From the NCBI GenBank assembly GCA_040081625.1, contig JBEBGD010000065.1:1-31979 (forward strand): a stretch of 31,979 nucleotides of DNA, read 5' to 3'. The notes beneath the pieces are model-generated. The model made no database searches, was not told the DNA's origin, and saw only the letters and a list, made by a program, of their open reading frames with translations. Position numbers and translations under genes: made by a program. The stretch is from Chthoniobacteraceae bacterium. Lineage in GTDB: Bacteria; Verrucomicrobiota; Verrucomicrobiia; Chthoniobacterales; Chthoniobacteraceae. Below are positions 1 through 8,874 of the stretch, in pieces. Every line of letters starts with the position of its first letter. The stretch's first letter is position 1.

Positions 1-2020
1 GGTGAACGTGTCCGCGATGGATGCGGCCGGGAATGAGCAGACGGGCAGCTTCACGGTGACCGTGCAGGACACGACGAAGCCCGCGCTCACGCTGCCGGGA
101 GCGATCACGCGCGAAGCCACCGGACCCGCCGGCGCTGCCGTGACCTTTTCCGTGACCAGCACCGACGCGGCGGGCCCGCCGGTCGTCCTGGTGATGCCTC
201 CCAGCGGGAGCACGTTCTCGATTGGGTTGACGACGGTAAACGTCACCTCCACCGACGGCTCGAGTAATGTCGCGATGGGCAGCTTCAGCGTGACGGTGCA
301 GGATACGACACCGCCGACCATCACCGGGAACTTCGGCTCCCGCACGACGATCGGGCCCACGCTGGCGGACTTCACTTCTGAGGCGGTCACTTCCGACCTC
401 GTGGGCGTGACCAGCGTGACGCAAGATCCCGCGATCGGCAGCCCGCTGCCGCTCGGCGCGACGCTGGTGACGCTCACGGCGCACGACGACGCGGGCAACG
501 AGGAGAGCCTGAGCTTCACGCTGACGCGCCTCTCGGCCCTCCTGATGCACACCTCGCGACACGTCACCGGCGGGCCCGTGCCGGGAGCGGGGGCGCCGGG
601 CGGGCCGCCCGCGGGGGCGATGTTCATGAGCCTCGGCGTGCCGGCGATCAATGACGCCGGGCAGATCGCCTTCGTCGCCAGTTGGGTAAGCCCGATCGGG
701 GCCGGCACGAGCATCTTTGCCGGGAATCCCGCGGGGCTCGTGCTCACCGCGGGCGACGCGGTGGCGGGCCTCGGCGGCGTGAAATTCAAGGCGTTCGCGG
801 ACCCGGTCCTCGATGAGGCAGGCCATGTGGCCTTCCTCGCGACGCTCACCGGTCCGGGCGTGAGGGTTGGCAACGACACCGTTTTGGGGACCGATGCATT
901 TGCGGGCCCGGTCGCAATTGTCGCGCGCGAAGGCGCGAGTGTGAACGGCGCGGGACCGATGCGGATCAAAGCGATCAACGACGTGTCCTTGAACGATGGC
1001 GAGGTGCTCTTCACGGCGGCGCTCGGCGATGGCGTGCTGCCAAACCGCGCGGCGGCTTTCCGCGCGCTCGACGATGGTCTCGGGCCGCAGCTCGTGGTCC
1101 AGGCGGGTGCGGCGTTTGGAGCGAGCAAGGTGAAGGCGTTCAAACTGCTCGGGCCCGTGGGTGGTTCGCCGGGGCAAAGTCGCGCGCACATGATGGCCGG
1201 CAACGCGACCTTTCTCGCGTTGTTCACCAACGGCACGCGGGCGCTCATCGAGAGCGGGAACGGGACGCTCACCGGTCTCGTGGCCACTGGAGATGCGACG
1301 GGCGGGACGATGCTGCCGGCGGCGACATTCAAGAGCTTGGGACTGGTCGCCGCGGATGCGCCGCGCGCCGCGTTTCTCGCGACGCTGAATTCGGGCGGCG
1401 GTGTGACGAGCTCGAATTCGCGCGGCGTATTCCTCGGCGAGGGAATGGGGTTCGATCCAGTGGCGCGTGTGTCGGATCCGGTGCCGAACATTCCCGGCGC
1501 GACCTTCAGGACATTTTCCGATCCGGTGATGGCTCCCGGCGCCGCCGCCGTCGCATTCTTCGCGACGCTGCGCGGCCCGGGGATCCTGCCCGGCAGGGAC
1601 GTGGCTCTGCTCTACCGCCCGGAGGGTGAGCCGTTGCGGGCCATCGCGCTCGCGGGTGGCCAGCCGCCGGGCACTCCGGTCGGCACGAAGTGGTCGCGCT
1701 TCACCTCGCTCGCGCTGCCTGGCGGGAGCATCGGCCCCATCTTCCGCGCGACACTCGCGCCCGGTGCGGGTGGCGTGAACACGTCGAACGATGCCGGCGT
1801 GTGGGCGGTGGAAAGCGGTGGCGACCTCGTGTTGATCTTCCGCGAAGGCGATCTGATCGGCGACCCGCCCGACAAGAAGAGGCTCAAGGGATTCACGGTG
1901 CTCAACGTCGTCCGCGGCAGCAGGGGCGTCACCCGCTCGTTCAACAACGCCGCACTGGTTGTGTGGCGCGCAGAGTTCACCGATCACACCTCGGCGATCG
2001 TGGTCACCGCAGTGCCGTAG
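1..2020 (+). CDS. Large secreted/surface protein (5'-truncated): HYR-like repeats followed by an NxxGxxAF-repeat (beta-propeller-like) C-terminal domain
   Basis: Frame is open from the window start to TAG at 2018-2020. Repeated HYR-type units (F.VTVQDTT.P, A.D.AGN, GSTF.IG.TTV) run to about nt 520. They are followed by repeats PAINDAGQIAF, PVLDEAGHVAF, SLNDGEVLF, SFNNAALVVW and REGD.I. Confidence 0.75.
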   Translation, partial: VNVSAMDAAGNEQTGSFTVTVQDTTKPALTLPGAITREATGPAGAAVTFSVTSTDAAGPPVVLVMPPSGSTFSIGLTTVNVTSTDGSSNVAMGSFSVTVQDTTPPTITGNFGSRTTIGPTLADFTSEAVTSDLVGVTSVTQDPAIGSPLPLGATLVTLTAHDDAGNEESLSFTLTRLSALLMHTSRHVTGGPVPGAGAPGGPPAGAMFMSLGVPAINDAGQIAFVASWVSPIGAGTSIFAGNPAGLVLTAGDAVAGLGGVKFKAFADPVLDEAGHVAFLATLTGPGVRVGNDTVLGTDAFAGPVAIVAREGASVNGAGPMRIKAINDVSLNDGEVLFTAALGDGVLPNRAAAFRALDDGLGPQLVVQAGAAFGASKVKAFKLLGPVGGSPGQSRAHMMAGNATFLALFTNGTRALIESGNGTLTGLVATGDATGGTMLPAATFKSLGLVAADAPRAAFLATLNSGGGVTSSNSRGVFLGEGMGFDPVARVSDPVPNIPGATFRTFSDPVMAPGAAAVAFFATLRGPGILPGRDVALLYRPEGEPLRAIALAGGQPPGTPVGTKWSRFTSLALPGGSIGPIFRATLAPGAGGVNTSNDAGVWAVESGGDLVLIFREGDLIGDPPDKKRLKGFTVLNVVRGSRGVTRSFNNAALVVWRAEFTDHTSAIVVTAVP

Positions 2021-2078
2021 TCGGGGGAAGGGGACGCGCACCGGATCGTCGCAGAGTTTTCAAATGCGTCCACCCACG

Positions 2079-3377
2079 ATGAACCATGCCACGCGCCTTT
2101 TCCCTTCGATGCTCCGCAGCACTTTGCTGGTCGGGGTGCTCCTCTTCGCTCTCAGCGTCCGCTCGTCGGGCGACGTCCCACTTCCCGGCAATATCCTCGA
2201 TCCGAAGTCCGCGCCGGAAGCGTGGAACGTGATCCGGCTCGCGACGGAAAACGTCGCGAAGCTGATCCTGGAGCGGCGCCTGTCCGAGGTCGCCGTGCAG
2301 ATGTCGCTTTGCAGCCCGGCGCTGCGGGCTCTCGGCCAGCTCGCGAATACCGCCGACCCAGCGATAGTCTCGAAGCAAACCACGCGCGCGCTCGGCTGGG
2401 TCGTGGCGGTCGCCAGGACCGCTTCGGAGGGCAACGCCTCCGCCACCGAGGACAGCTTCAAGACCCTCAAGACGTTGCTGCTCGAACTCGGTAGTTCCTA
2501 TGATCCCAAGGTCGTCTCGGGCGAGATCTACTTCTGCCCGATGCACGCGGATTTCGTCTCTCCGACGCTCGGGACGCCGTGTGAGAGGTGCGGCATGGCC
2601 CTGTTCAAGCGGCGCATTCCATACAGCTTCATCTACACCGCGCCGGGAGAGCCTTCGATCACGATGGCGGTCACCGCCAGCGCGCCCGTCGAGGCGGGCA
2701 AAAGGATCGACGTGAAAGTGCGGCTCGCTCGCATGGACAAGTCGCCGCTTCTCACGCGCGACCTCATGGTCATGCACACCGAGCCGATTCATCTGCTCAT
2801 CGAAGAGCCGGGCTTGGGTGACTTTCACCACGAGCACCCGGTCGCGACCGGCACGCCGGGCGAATACTCGTTTTCATTCACGCCCACGCGGACATCGCCT
2901 TACCGGATCTGGGCCGACATCGTCCCGGGCGCCAGCGGTGTGCAGGAGCTGCCGCATGCCGATCTGGCTTCCTCCGGCCAGGCCGGGCCCATTCAGGACA
3001 AGGGCACCCGCTTTACCTCGACCGTGGACGGCTATCAATTCGCGATCACGCTAACCGGCGGCAACCACATCCCGATCGCCGTGGGCCAGACGCGGAAAAT
3101 GGCGATCACCGTCACCGACGCTGGCGGGCAGCCGGTGAGGAGCCTCGAGCCTTTTATGAATGCGTTCGCGCACGTCGTCGGCTTCTTCGACGACTACGAG
3201 ACCGTCGTGCAGATGCATCCATCCGGCGGCGACATCCTGAACCCCGAAGCGCGCGGCGGGCCCGCGATGGGCTTCCAGTTCTTCCCGCCCAAGGCCGGCT
3301 TCATCCGCCTTTACTGCAAGGTCAAGATTGGCGGGAAGATGATCTTCGCGCCCTTCAATTTGAACGTCGTCCCGTGA
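2079..3377 (+). CDS. Secreted heavy-metal-binding-domain protein (Cu/Ag-type metallochaperone-like)
   Basis: N-terminal hydrophobic signal-like stretch (LLVGVLLFALSVRSSG). HMBD motif YFCPMH...CERCGMAL. Two tandem His/Met-rich beta domains (LMVMHTEPIHLLI...FHHEHP; LEPFMNAFAHVVGF...QMHP). Start uncertain: in-frame ATGs at 2064, 2079 and 2109. Confidence 0.7.
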   Translation: MNHATRLFPSMLRSTLLVGVLLFALSVRSSGDVPLPGNILDPKSAPEAWNVIRLATENVAKLILERRLSEVAVQMSLCSPALRALGQLANTADPAIVSKQTTRALGWVVAVARTASEGNASATEDSFKTLKTLLLELGSSYDPKVVSGEIYFCPMHADFVSPTLGTPCERCGMALFKRRIPYSFIYTAPGEPSITMAVTASAPVEAGKRIDVKVRLARMDKSPLLTRDLMVMHTEPIHLLIEEPGLGDFHHEHPVATGTPGEYSFSFTPTRTSPYRIWADIVPGASGVQELPHADLASSGQAGPIQDKGTRFTSTVDGYQFAITLTGGNHIPIAVGQTRKMAITVTDAGGQPVRSLEPFMNAFAHVVGFFDDYETVVQMHPSGGDILNPEARGGPAMGFQFFPPKAGFIRLYCKVKIGGKMIFAPFNLNVVP

Positions 3378-3409
3378 TCGGCGGGTGATCGGATCACTCG
3401 AAGCGGCGA

Positions 3410-4600
3410 CTACAGCGTCTGCGGAGCCTGGAGCAGTTCGGCGATGCGCGCGAGCAGGCGGCCGGCGGCGCCGCCGTCGAGCACGCGATGATCGAAGCTC
3501 AGCGTGAGCTGCGCTTCGGTGACTGGCTGGAACACCTTGCCATCCCATGCGGGGACGACTTTGCCGGCGCCGAGCCCGAGCACGAGAGTCTGCTCCGGCA
3601 GCGGGATCGGCGTGGCCCACTCGAGACCGAAGGTGCCGAAGTTCGTGACCGTGGCGATCGAGCCACCTTGCGCATTCGGGGGAAGGCGGCGCTGGCGTCC
3701 GAGTTCCACGAGTTCATTGTAGCGCGCGACCATCGTCCCGACGGGTGTCTGGTCCGCATCGCGCAGCACCGGCACGAGCACGCCATCTTCGGTCTCGACC
3801 GCGAAGCCCACGTCGATGCTCTTGGGATGCACGATATGCGTGCCGATAAGCCGTCCGCCGGGCGCGCTGTTCTCGCCGAGCGCCACGGCGAGAGCGCGCA
3901 AGGCGTAGAGCGCCGGGCCGGGCTTCGGGTCCGATTTTTTCCGGTGCGCGAGCAATACGTCGAGCCGCACACCGCGGCCGACCGTCGCCAGCGGGCGCGA
4001 CCACGAGCGGCGCATCGCATCGGCCACCGCGACGCGCATCGTGGATGCCGGCGTCTGGCGATGCTCGCCGAGCCGGCGCAGAAATGCCTCGAGATCCTCG
4101 ATGGTGACGCGCCCGCCCGCGCCACGACCGGGGATGCCGGCGAGGTCCGCGGCGCGGAAACCAAGCTCGTTCATGCGCGCCTTCATCCGCGGCGAGAGAT
4201 AGCCGGCGGCGGCTGCATTCGCCGGCACGGGCAGGCCGCGCACGAGCGGAGCGACGCTCTGTGCTTCGCTCGCACGGGTCGATTGCGCGATCGCCTCATC
4301 GGATCCGGCGACCGGCTCGGGTGCGGCTTGATCGAGCCCGTGGCGCGCGGCGTCGTCGTCGCTCACTTCGAGCCAGCCGAGCGTCGCGCCGACCGGGTAG
4401 CTCTTGCTCACCTCGACGCTCCACTCCACGACGCGCCCGCGACACGGCACCGTGACGCCCATGGTCGCCTTGTTCGTCTCGACTTCGAGCACTTCACAAT
4501 CACCCGCCACGTCGTCGCCGACGGCAAATGGGATGCGGACGATGGTGGCCTCGGCGATGGATTCGCCGAGCTGCGGCATGAGGATCGGGACGCGCGGCAT
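3410..4600 (-). CDS. 2-oxoacid dehydrogenase E2 (dihydrolipoamide acyltransferase)
   Basis: Lipoyl domain MPQLGESIAEATI...EVETNKA; E3/E1-binding domain SPRMK...GAGGRVTIEDL; catalytic motif LSFDHRVLDG. Start placed at ATG 4600, 5 nt after the E1-beta stop. Confidence 0.92.
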   Translation of the reverse strand: MPRVPILMPQLGESIAEATIVRIPFAVGDDVAGDCEVLEVETNKATMGVTVPCRGRVVEWSVEVSKSYPVGATLGWLEVSDDDAARHGLDQAAPEPVAGSDEAIAQSTRASEAQSVAPLVRGLPVPANAAAAGYLSPRMKARMNELGFRAADLAGIPGRGAGGRVTIEDLEAFLRRLGEHRQTPASTMRVAVADAMRRSWSRPLATVGRGVRLDVLLAHRKKSDPKPGPALYALRALAVALGENSAPGGRLIGTHIVHPKSIDVGFAVETEDGVLVPVLRDADQTPVGTMVARYNELVELGRQRRLPPNAQGGSIATVTNFGTFGLEWATPIPLPEQTLVLGLGAGKVVPAWDGKVFQPVTEAQLTLSFDHRVLDGGAAGRLLARIAELLQAPQTL

Positions 4601-4605
4601 GGGGA

Positions 4606-5568
4606 TTATTCGTGGAGAAGTTTGCGCGCGGCGGCGGCGATGGTGCGCGCGGTGGGACGATGAGTGCCCCAAAGATTCGGGTGATACGGGACGGGCGTGT
4701 CCTTGGCGTTGATGCGCACCGGCGGCGCATCGAGCAGCGTAAAACCTTCCTGCGCGACACGCGCGATGACTTCAGCGGTCACGCCACCCCACGGGAACGC
4801 CTCGCCGACCACGAGCAGGCGACCGGTGCGCGCGACGCTGGCGAGGATGGTGTCCGTGTCGAGTGGCTTGACGCTCCGGAGGTCGATGACTTCGAGCTGC
4901 CAGCCTTCGCTCGCGAGTTCCTCGGCGCAGGCGAGCGCCTCATGCACCATCGCCGAGTAGGCGACGATCGTCGCGTGCCGGCCCTGGCGGGCGACGCGGG
5001 CCTTGCCGGTCGGCAGCGCCTCGGTCGGGAGCGAGTCGGCCTTGAGGTGGTAATAGAGATACTTGTGTTCGCAGAAAAGCACGGGGTCGTCGATCGCAAC
5101 GGCTTCGAGCAGCATCGCGTAAGCGTCCTCGACGGTCGCGGGCGTCATCACCACGAGCCCCGGATAGTGCGCGTAGAGCGCCTCCATGCTCTGGCTGTGA
5201 AAGGGCCCGGCACCCGCCGTTCCGCCGCTGGGCAGGCGGATGACGATCGGGCAGGGCACATTCGTGCGCCAGAAGAGCGTCGCCGCGTGGTTGATGATCT
5301 GGTTGAGGCCGCAGGTCGAGAAGTCGGCGAACTGCATCTCGACGATCGGTCGCATTCCCTCGATCGCCGCGCCGATGGCGGAGCCGACGATGGCATCCTC
5401 GCTCAGTGGTGCGTCGAAAACGCGACCCGGAAATTCCTTCGCGAGTCCCTTGGTGGCCTTGAACGCGCCGCCAAACTCGCCGACATCCTGGCCGTAAATA
5501 TAGACGCGCGGGTCATTGGCGAGCGCGTGGTATTGCGCTTCCCGGATGGCTTCAAGATAGGTGATCAT
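4606..5568 (-). CDS. 2-oxoacid dehydrogenase E1 beta subunit
   Basis: MITYLEAIREA...GQDVGEFGGAFKAT, PLSEDAIVG, EMQFADF, GPFHSQS, EHKYLY, IDLRSVKPLD. Its ATG overlaps the E1-alpha stop (ATGA at 5565-5568). Confidence 0.93.
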   Translation of the reverse strand: MITYLEAIREAQYHALANDPRVYIYGQDVGEFGGAFKATKGLAKEFPGRVFDAPLSEDAIVGSAIGAAIEGMRPIVEMQFADFSTCGLNQIINHAATLFWRTNVPCPIVIRLPSGGTAGAGPFHSQSMEALYAHYPGLVVMTPATVEDAYAMLLEAVAIDDPVLFCEHKYLYYHLKADSLPTEALPTGKARVARQGRHATIVAYSAMVHEALACAEELASEGWQLEVIDLRSVKPLDTDTILASVARTGRLLVVGEAFPWGGVTAEVIARVAQEGFTLLDAPPVRINAKDTPVPYHPNLWGTHRPTARTIAAAARKLLHE

Positions 5569-6587
5569 TCCTCGATGTATCCTTCCCTCAGCCGCGGCGT
5601 GCTTAGCGCGGTCCACTGTTCCTCGTTCGGGTCGGGAGCGGGCTCGCGTAGTGAAGTGGCGACGGCTTCTTCGATTCTCGCCGTTGCGTCGGCGCGCCAC
5701 GATTTGAAGTCCGCGGGCGTCGCCCACTGCTCGGCGATGATGCGATCCTCGGCGACGAGGAGGCAATCGAGCGCGGCTTTCTTGAGCGCCGGATCGACGT
5801 AGCTCGCATCGTCGTGTTCGCCATGTCCGACGAGCCGGAGAAGCGAACCGAGGATGAATTGTGGCCCGTGGCCGGCGCGCGCACGATCGGCGGCATTTTG
5901 CAAAGTGGCGAGGCACGCGGCGAGGTCGGTGGCATCCACGTGGTGCCCCTCGACACCGTATCCCGCGGCACGATCGAGCAGATCGGCGCAGGCGAACTGG
6001 CGCGAGTTGGGCGTCGAGTAGGCGTAGCGATTGTTCGCCACGACGACGATGAGCGGGAGCTTCTCGACTGCGGCGAGGTTGAGCCCTTCGTGGAAAGCGC
6101 CGGTGGAAGTGCCGCCATCGCCGATACAAGTCGCGCCCACCGAGCCGCTCTGGCCCTTGAGTCGCCGCGCAAGCAGTGCGCCGGCGACGGCCGGGATCAT
6201 CGCGCCGAGATGCGAGATCATCGGAAAGTAACCGTCGCGCGGAGAGCCGCGGTGGATGTTCCCGTCGCGACCGCGCATCGGCCCGAGTCGCGAGCCGAGG
6301 TAGGTGCGGAAGCAGTCGAGCAGCGGCTCGCCGAAAGCGAAACGGCCCGCCTGGTCGCGGATGAGTGGCGCGAAGATGTCGCCCGGCTTCAGCGCCATCG
6401 CGGTAGCGGTGCTCAGAGCTTCCTGGCCTTTGCCGAGGAAGACACCACCGACGATTTTTCCCCCGCGGTAAAGCGCCGCCACCTTCTCCTCCGAAAGGCG
6501 CGCGAGCAGCATCCAGCGATAGGCTTGCAGGTAACGGGCTTGAAAATTATCCGTGCGGGTCGCGGGCACCGCTGCGGTCGAAGACAT
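5565..6587 (-). CDS. 2-oxoacid dehydrogenase E1 alpha subunit (TPP-dependent; branched-chain versus pyruvate specificity unresolved)
   Basis: GQEA motif; TPP-binding motif GDGGTSTGAFHEGLN...NNRYAYST; RLVGHGEHDD loop. Confidence 0.92.
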   Translation of the reverse strand: MSSTAAVPATRTDNFQARYLQAYRWMLLARLSEEKVAALYRGGKIVGGVFLGKGQEALSTATAMALKPGDIFAPLIRDQAGRFAFGEPLLDCFRTYLGSRLGPMRGRDGNIHRGSPRDGYFPMISHLGAMIPAVAGALLARRLKGQSGSVGATCIGDGGTSTGAFHEGLNLAAVEKLPLIVVVANNRYAYSTPNSRQFACADLLDRAAGYGVEGHHVDATDLAACLATLQNAADRARAGHGPQFILGSLLRLVGHGEHDDASYVDPALKKAALDCLLVAEDRIIAEQWATPADFKSWRADATARIEEAVATSLREPAPDPNEEQWTALSTPRLREGYIEE

Positions 6588-6594
6588 GGCTCGC

Positions 6595-6624
6595 AGAGTA
6601 GGATGCGCGCTGCGCTGCGCGCAA
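6595..6624 (-). promoter_or_regulatory. Putative sigma70-type promoter for the E1a-E1b-E2 operon (leaderless)
   Basis: Minus strand reads TTGCGC-18 nt-TACTCT-7 nt-ATG, with no Shine-Dalgarno. Confidence 0.45.
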
Positions 6625-6685
6625 CGGCTTTCCTACCGACAAACGCCAGTTGACTTCACCGTCCAGAGTGGCAATCGCTTCGCCC

Positions 6686-8830
6686 ATGTTAGCGAAACGC
6701 CTTTTCCATCACCAGAAAGGGGCCGCTTTTTCGATCGGGCTCATCCTTTCGGCCAGCGCCGCGGCGGAGACGCCATGGATGAACGACGCGCCGCGCGCGC
6801 CCGATGCGGTCGCGCCACTCTTGGAGCCGCAGGCGGCGCCTGCCTTGGGGGGCTTCACGGTCGATCCTTCGCAGCGCGAAGCCTCGCGACTTTTTTACAA
6901 GAGCGTTTACCTCGCATCCAACGGGGTGCCGATCGGCTGGACCGGCGATGTGGCGACCGGCGATCCGGGAACGACCTCCCAGGATTTTCGCGACGCGATG
7001 CTGAGGCGCATCAACTACTTCCGCGCAATGGCCGGCGTGCCGGCCGACGTGGCGTTCCTGCCCACTTACAATGCAAAGTGTCAGCAGGCGGCGCTGATGA
7101 TGAGCGCCAACAACTCGCTCAGCCACACGCCGCCGACGAACTGGACTCACTACACCGCCGACGGCGCCGAGGCGGCGGGGAAGTCGAATCTGTTTCTCGG
7201 TAATTTCGGGCCGAGCGCAGTCACGGGGTTCATCGAGGACTTCGGCACTGGCAACGCCCAGGCAGGGCATCGCCGGTGGCTGCTCTATCCGCAGACGCGC
7301 GAGATGGGCTCGGGCGATATTCCCAGGGACGGCGGCTTTGCGTCCGCGAACGCGATCTGGGTGATCGATTCGTTTTTCTTCTCGGCGCGTCCCGCGGTGC
7401 GCGACGGATTTGTCGCGTGGCCGCCGAGAGGCTTCACGCCTTATCAGCTCGTTTTTCCGCGCTGGTCCTTCAGCCACAGCAATCTCGATTTTAGCAGTGC
7501 GACCGTCGCGCTCGTGCGCAACGGCGCGAGTGTGCCAGTGACGATCCAGAGCGCGGTGCCAGGCTCCGGTGAGAACTCGATCGTGTGGATCGAGGATGGA
7601 AGGAGCGCCACGAATCCCGCCACGCTCCGCGCGCCCGCCGCGGACACGAGCACGCAGGTGACGGTCGCTGGCGTGCGCCCGCTCGTCGCCGGACAGCCTC
7701 AGAGTTTCACCTACACGGTCACGGTTTTCGATCCCGCGAAGCTCGGCGCGGACAGTTTGCTGACGCACGCGGTTGGCATTTACGCGGGGATTGTCTCAGC
7801 CGTTCCTTCCTCGTTCGCGACGAGCGGCGTGGTTTCGGTGAGCGTGAATCGACAGGGAAAGTTCAGCGGCTCGCTGATACTCGGCGGAAAGCGCTTCGCC
7901 TTCCGCGGCGTGTTCGGTGACGATGGAACGGCGCCGGAGATTCTTTTGTCGCGCGGCCGCGGGCTGACGCCGCTGCGCCTCACGCTGCAGTTGCCCACCG
8001 CCGCATTGCCGCCAGCTCAGATGACGGGGCAGGTGACGGAGGACGGCGGATTCACCGCGCAGATCAACGCGCCGCACACCTTCTACACCGCGCAGCGGAA
8101 TCCGGTCGCGCCACAGATCAATCCGCCCGCCGACTTGATCGGGCCCGCCACGGTCGCGCTCGACGTCAGCGCCATCGCCGGCCTCACCGGACACGGATGG
8201 GCTGCAGTGACGATCACCAAAGCCGGTCGGATTCGCTTCGCCGGAGTGCTCGCCGATGGGACCAAGTGGTCGTCGAATGGACCGCTGAGCGCCACTGGCA
8301 CCGCGCCGGTCTTCGCGCAGCTCTATCGCAAGACGGGATCGCTCCTCGGCACGATCACGCTCGGCGGCACCGCGCCTCGCACTCTCACCGGCTCGCTCAC
8401 ATGGTCGCGCCCCGCGGGCGTCGGGACGGGAGTCTTCGCCGCTGGCTGGCCCGGCGGCGTCGCGGCGTCGCTCCACGGCGGCGCGTGGACGCCGCCTGTG
8501 CGCGGAACGCCGTGGCAGCCGCCGGCATTCACCGCCGGGACGGGTGCTGCGACGCTCTCGCTCTCGGGCGGCGCGCTCGCCGCGCCGATCCCGTGGGATG
8601 CGACCTTCTCGGCCACAACGAAGCGCGTCACGGTCGATCCGACGGCAGCAGGATTGAATGCGAAGCTCGCCGTGAAATCCGCCAGCGGTCTCGTGGGCGG
8701 GACTTTTCAGCCGCTGGCCGGCGCGCGCGCGCAGAAGTTCACCGGCGTCTTGCTGCTCGGCGAAAATCGCGGCTTGGGGTTCTTCATCGACGCCACCGGC
8801 AGCGGCAAGGCCGCTGTCTCGCCGCGCTAG
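6686..8830 (+). CDS. Secreted CAP (SCP/PR-1) domain protein with an uncharacterised repeated beta-rich C-terminal domain
   Basis: Signal-like N-terminus (FSIGLILSASAAA). CAP motifs RINYFRAMAG, AALMMSANNSLSH, SNL, AGHRRWLL.P...MG.G. The C-terminal ~350 aa has three G...VT....G.F.G.L repeats. Start at ATG 6686 preferred over TTG 6650. Confidence 0.8.
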   Translation: MLAKRLFHHQKGAAFSIGLILSASAAAETPWMNDAPRAPDAVAPLLEPQAAPALGGFTVDPSQREASRLFYKSVYLASNGVPIGWTGDVATGDPGTTSQDFRDAMLRRINYFRAMAGVPADVAFLPTYNAKCQQAALMMSANNSLSHTPPTNWTHYTADGAEAAGKSNLFLGNFGPSAVTGFIEDFGTGNAQAGHRRWLLYPQTREMGSGDIPRDGGFASANAIWVIDSFFFSARPAVRDGFVAWPPRGFTPYQLVFPRWSFSHSNLDFSSATVALVRNGASVPVTIQSAVPGSGENSIVWIEDGRSATNPATLRAPAADTSTQVTVAGVRPLVAGQPQSFTYTVTVFDPAKLGADSLLTHAVGIYAGIVSAVPSSFATSGVVSVSVNRQGKFSGSLILGGKRFAFRGVFGDDGTAPEILLSRGRGLTPLRLTLQLPTAALPPAQMTGQVTEDGGFTAQINAPHTFYTAQRNPVAPQINPPADLIGPATVALDVSAIAGLTGHGWAAVTITKAGRIRFAGVLADGTKWSSNGPLSATGTAPVFAQLYRKTGSLLGTITLGGTAPRTLTGSLTWSRPAGVGTGVFAAGWPGGVAASLHGGAWTPPVRGTPWQPPAFTAGTGAATLSLSGGALAAPIPWDATFSATTKRVTVDPTAAGLNAKLAVKSASGLVGGTFQPLAGARAQKFTGVLLLGENRGLGFFIDATGSGKAAVSPR

Positions 8831-8838
8831 CAAATCGG

Positions 8839-8869
8839 TTGGCGTTGCCCTCGGGCCGGGGATTACTCT
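8839..8869 (+). promoter_or_regulatory. Putative leaderless promoter for the LarA-family gene
   Basis: TACTCT at 8864-8869 sits 5 nt before ATG 8875. TTGGCG at 8839-8844 gives a non-optimal 19-nt spacer. Confidence 0.35.
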
Positions 8870-8874
8870 GCGCC

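Noticed and set aside
3382..3400. Small palindrome CGGGTGATC-G-GATCACTCG between convergent genes
   Set aside because: Short with no U-tract; could be a bidirectional pause but is not supportable.
5569..6129. N-terminal extension of the 507-aa E1-beta ORF
   Set aside because: Overlaps E1-alpha in another frame; homology starts at MITYLEA with ATGA coupling.
8197..8874. N-terminal extension of the 652-aa LarA ORF (apparent fusion)
   Set aside because: Off-frame read-through of the CAP gene; the real start is ATG 8875 with a -10-like box.
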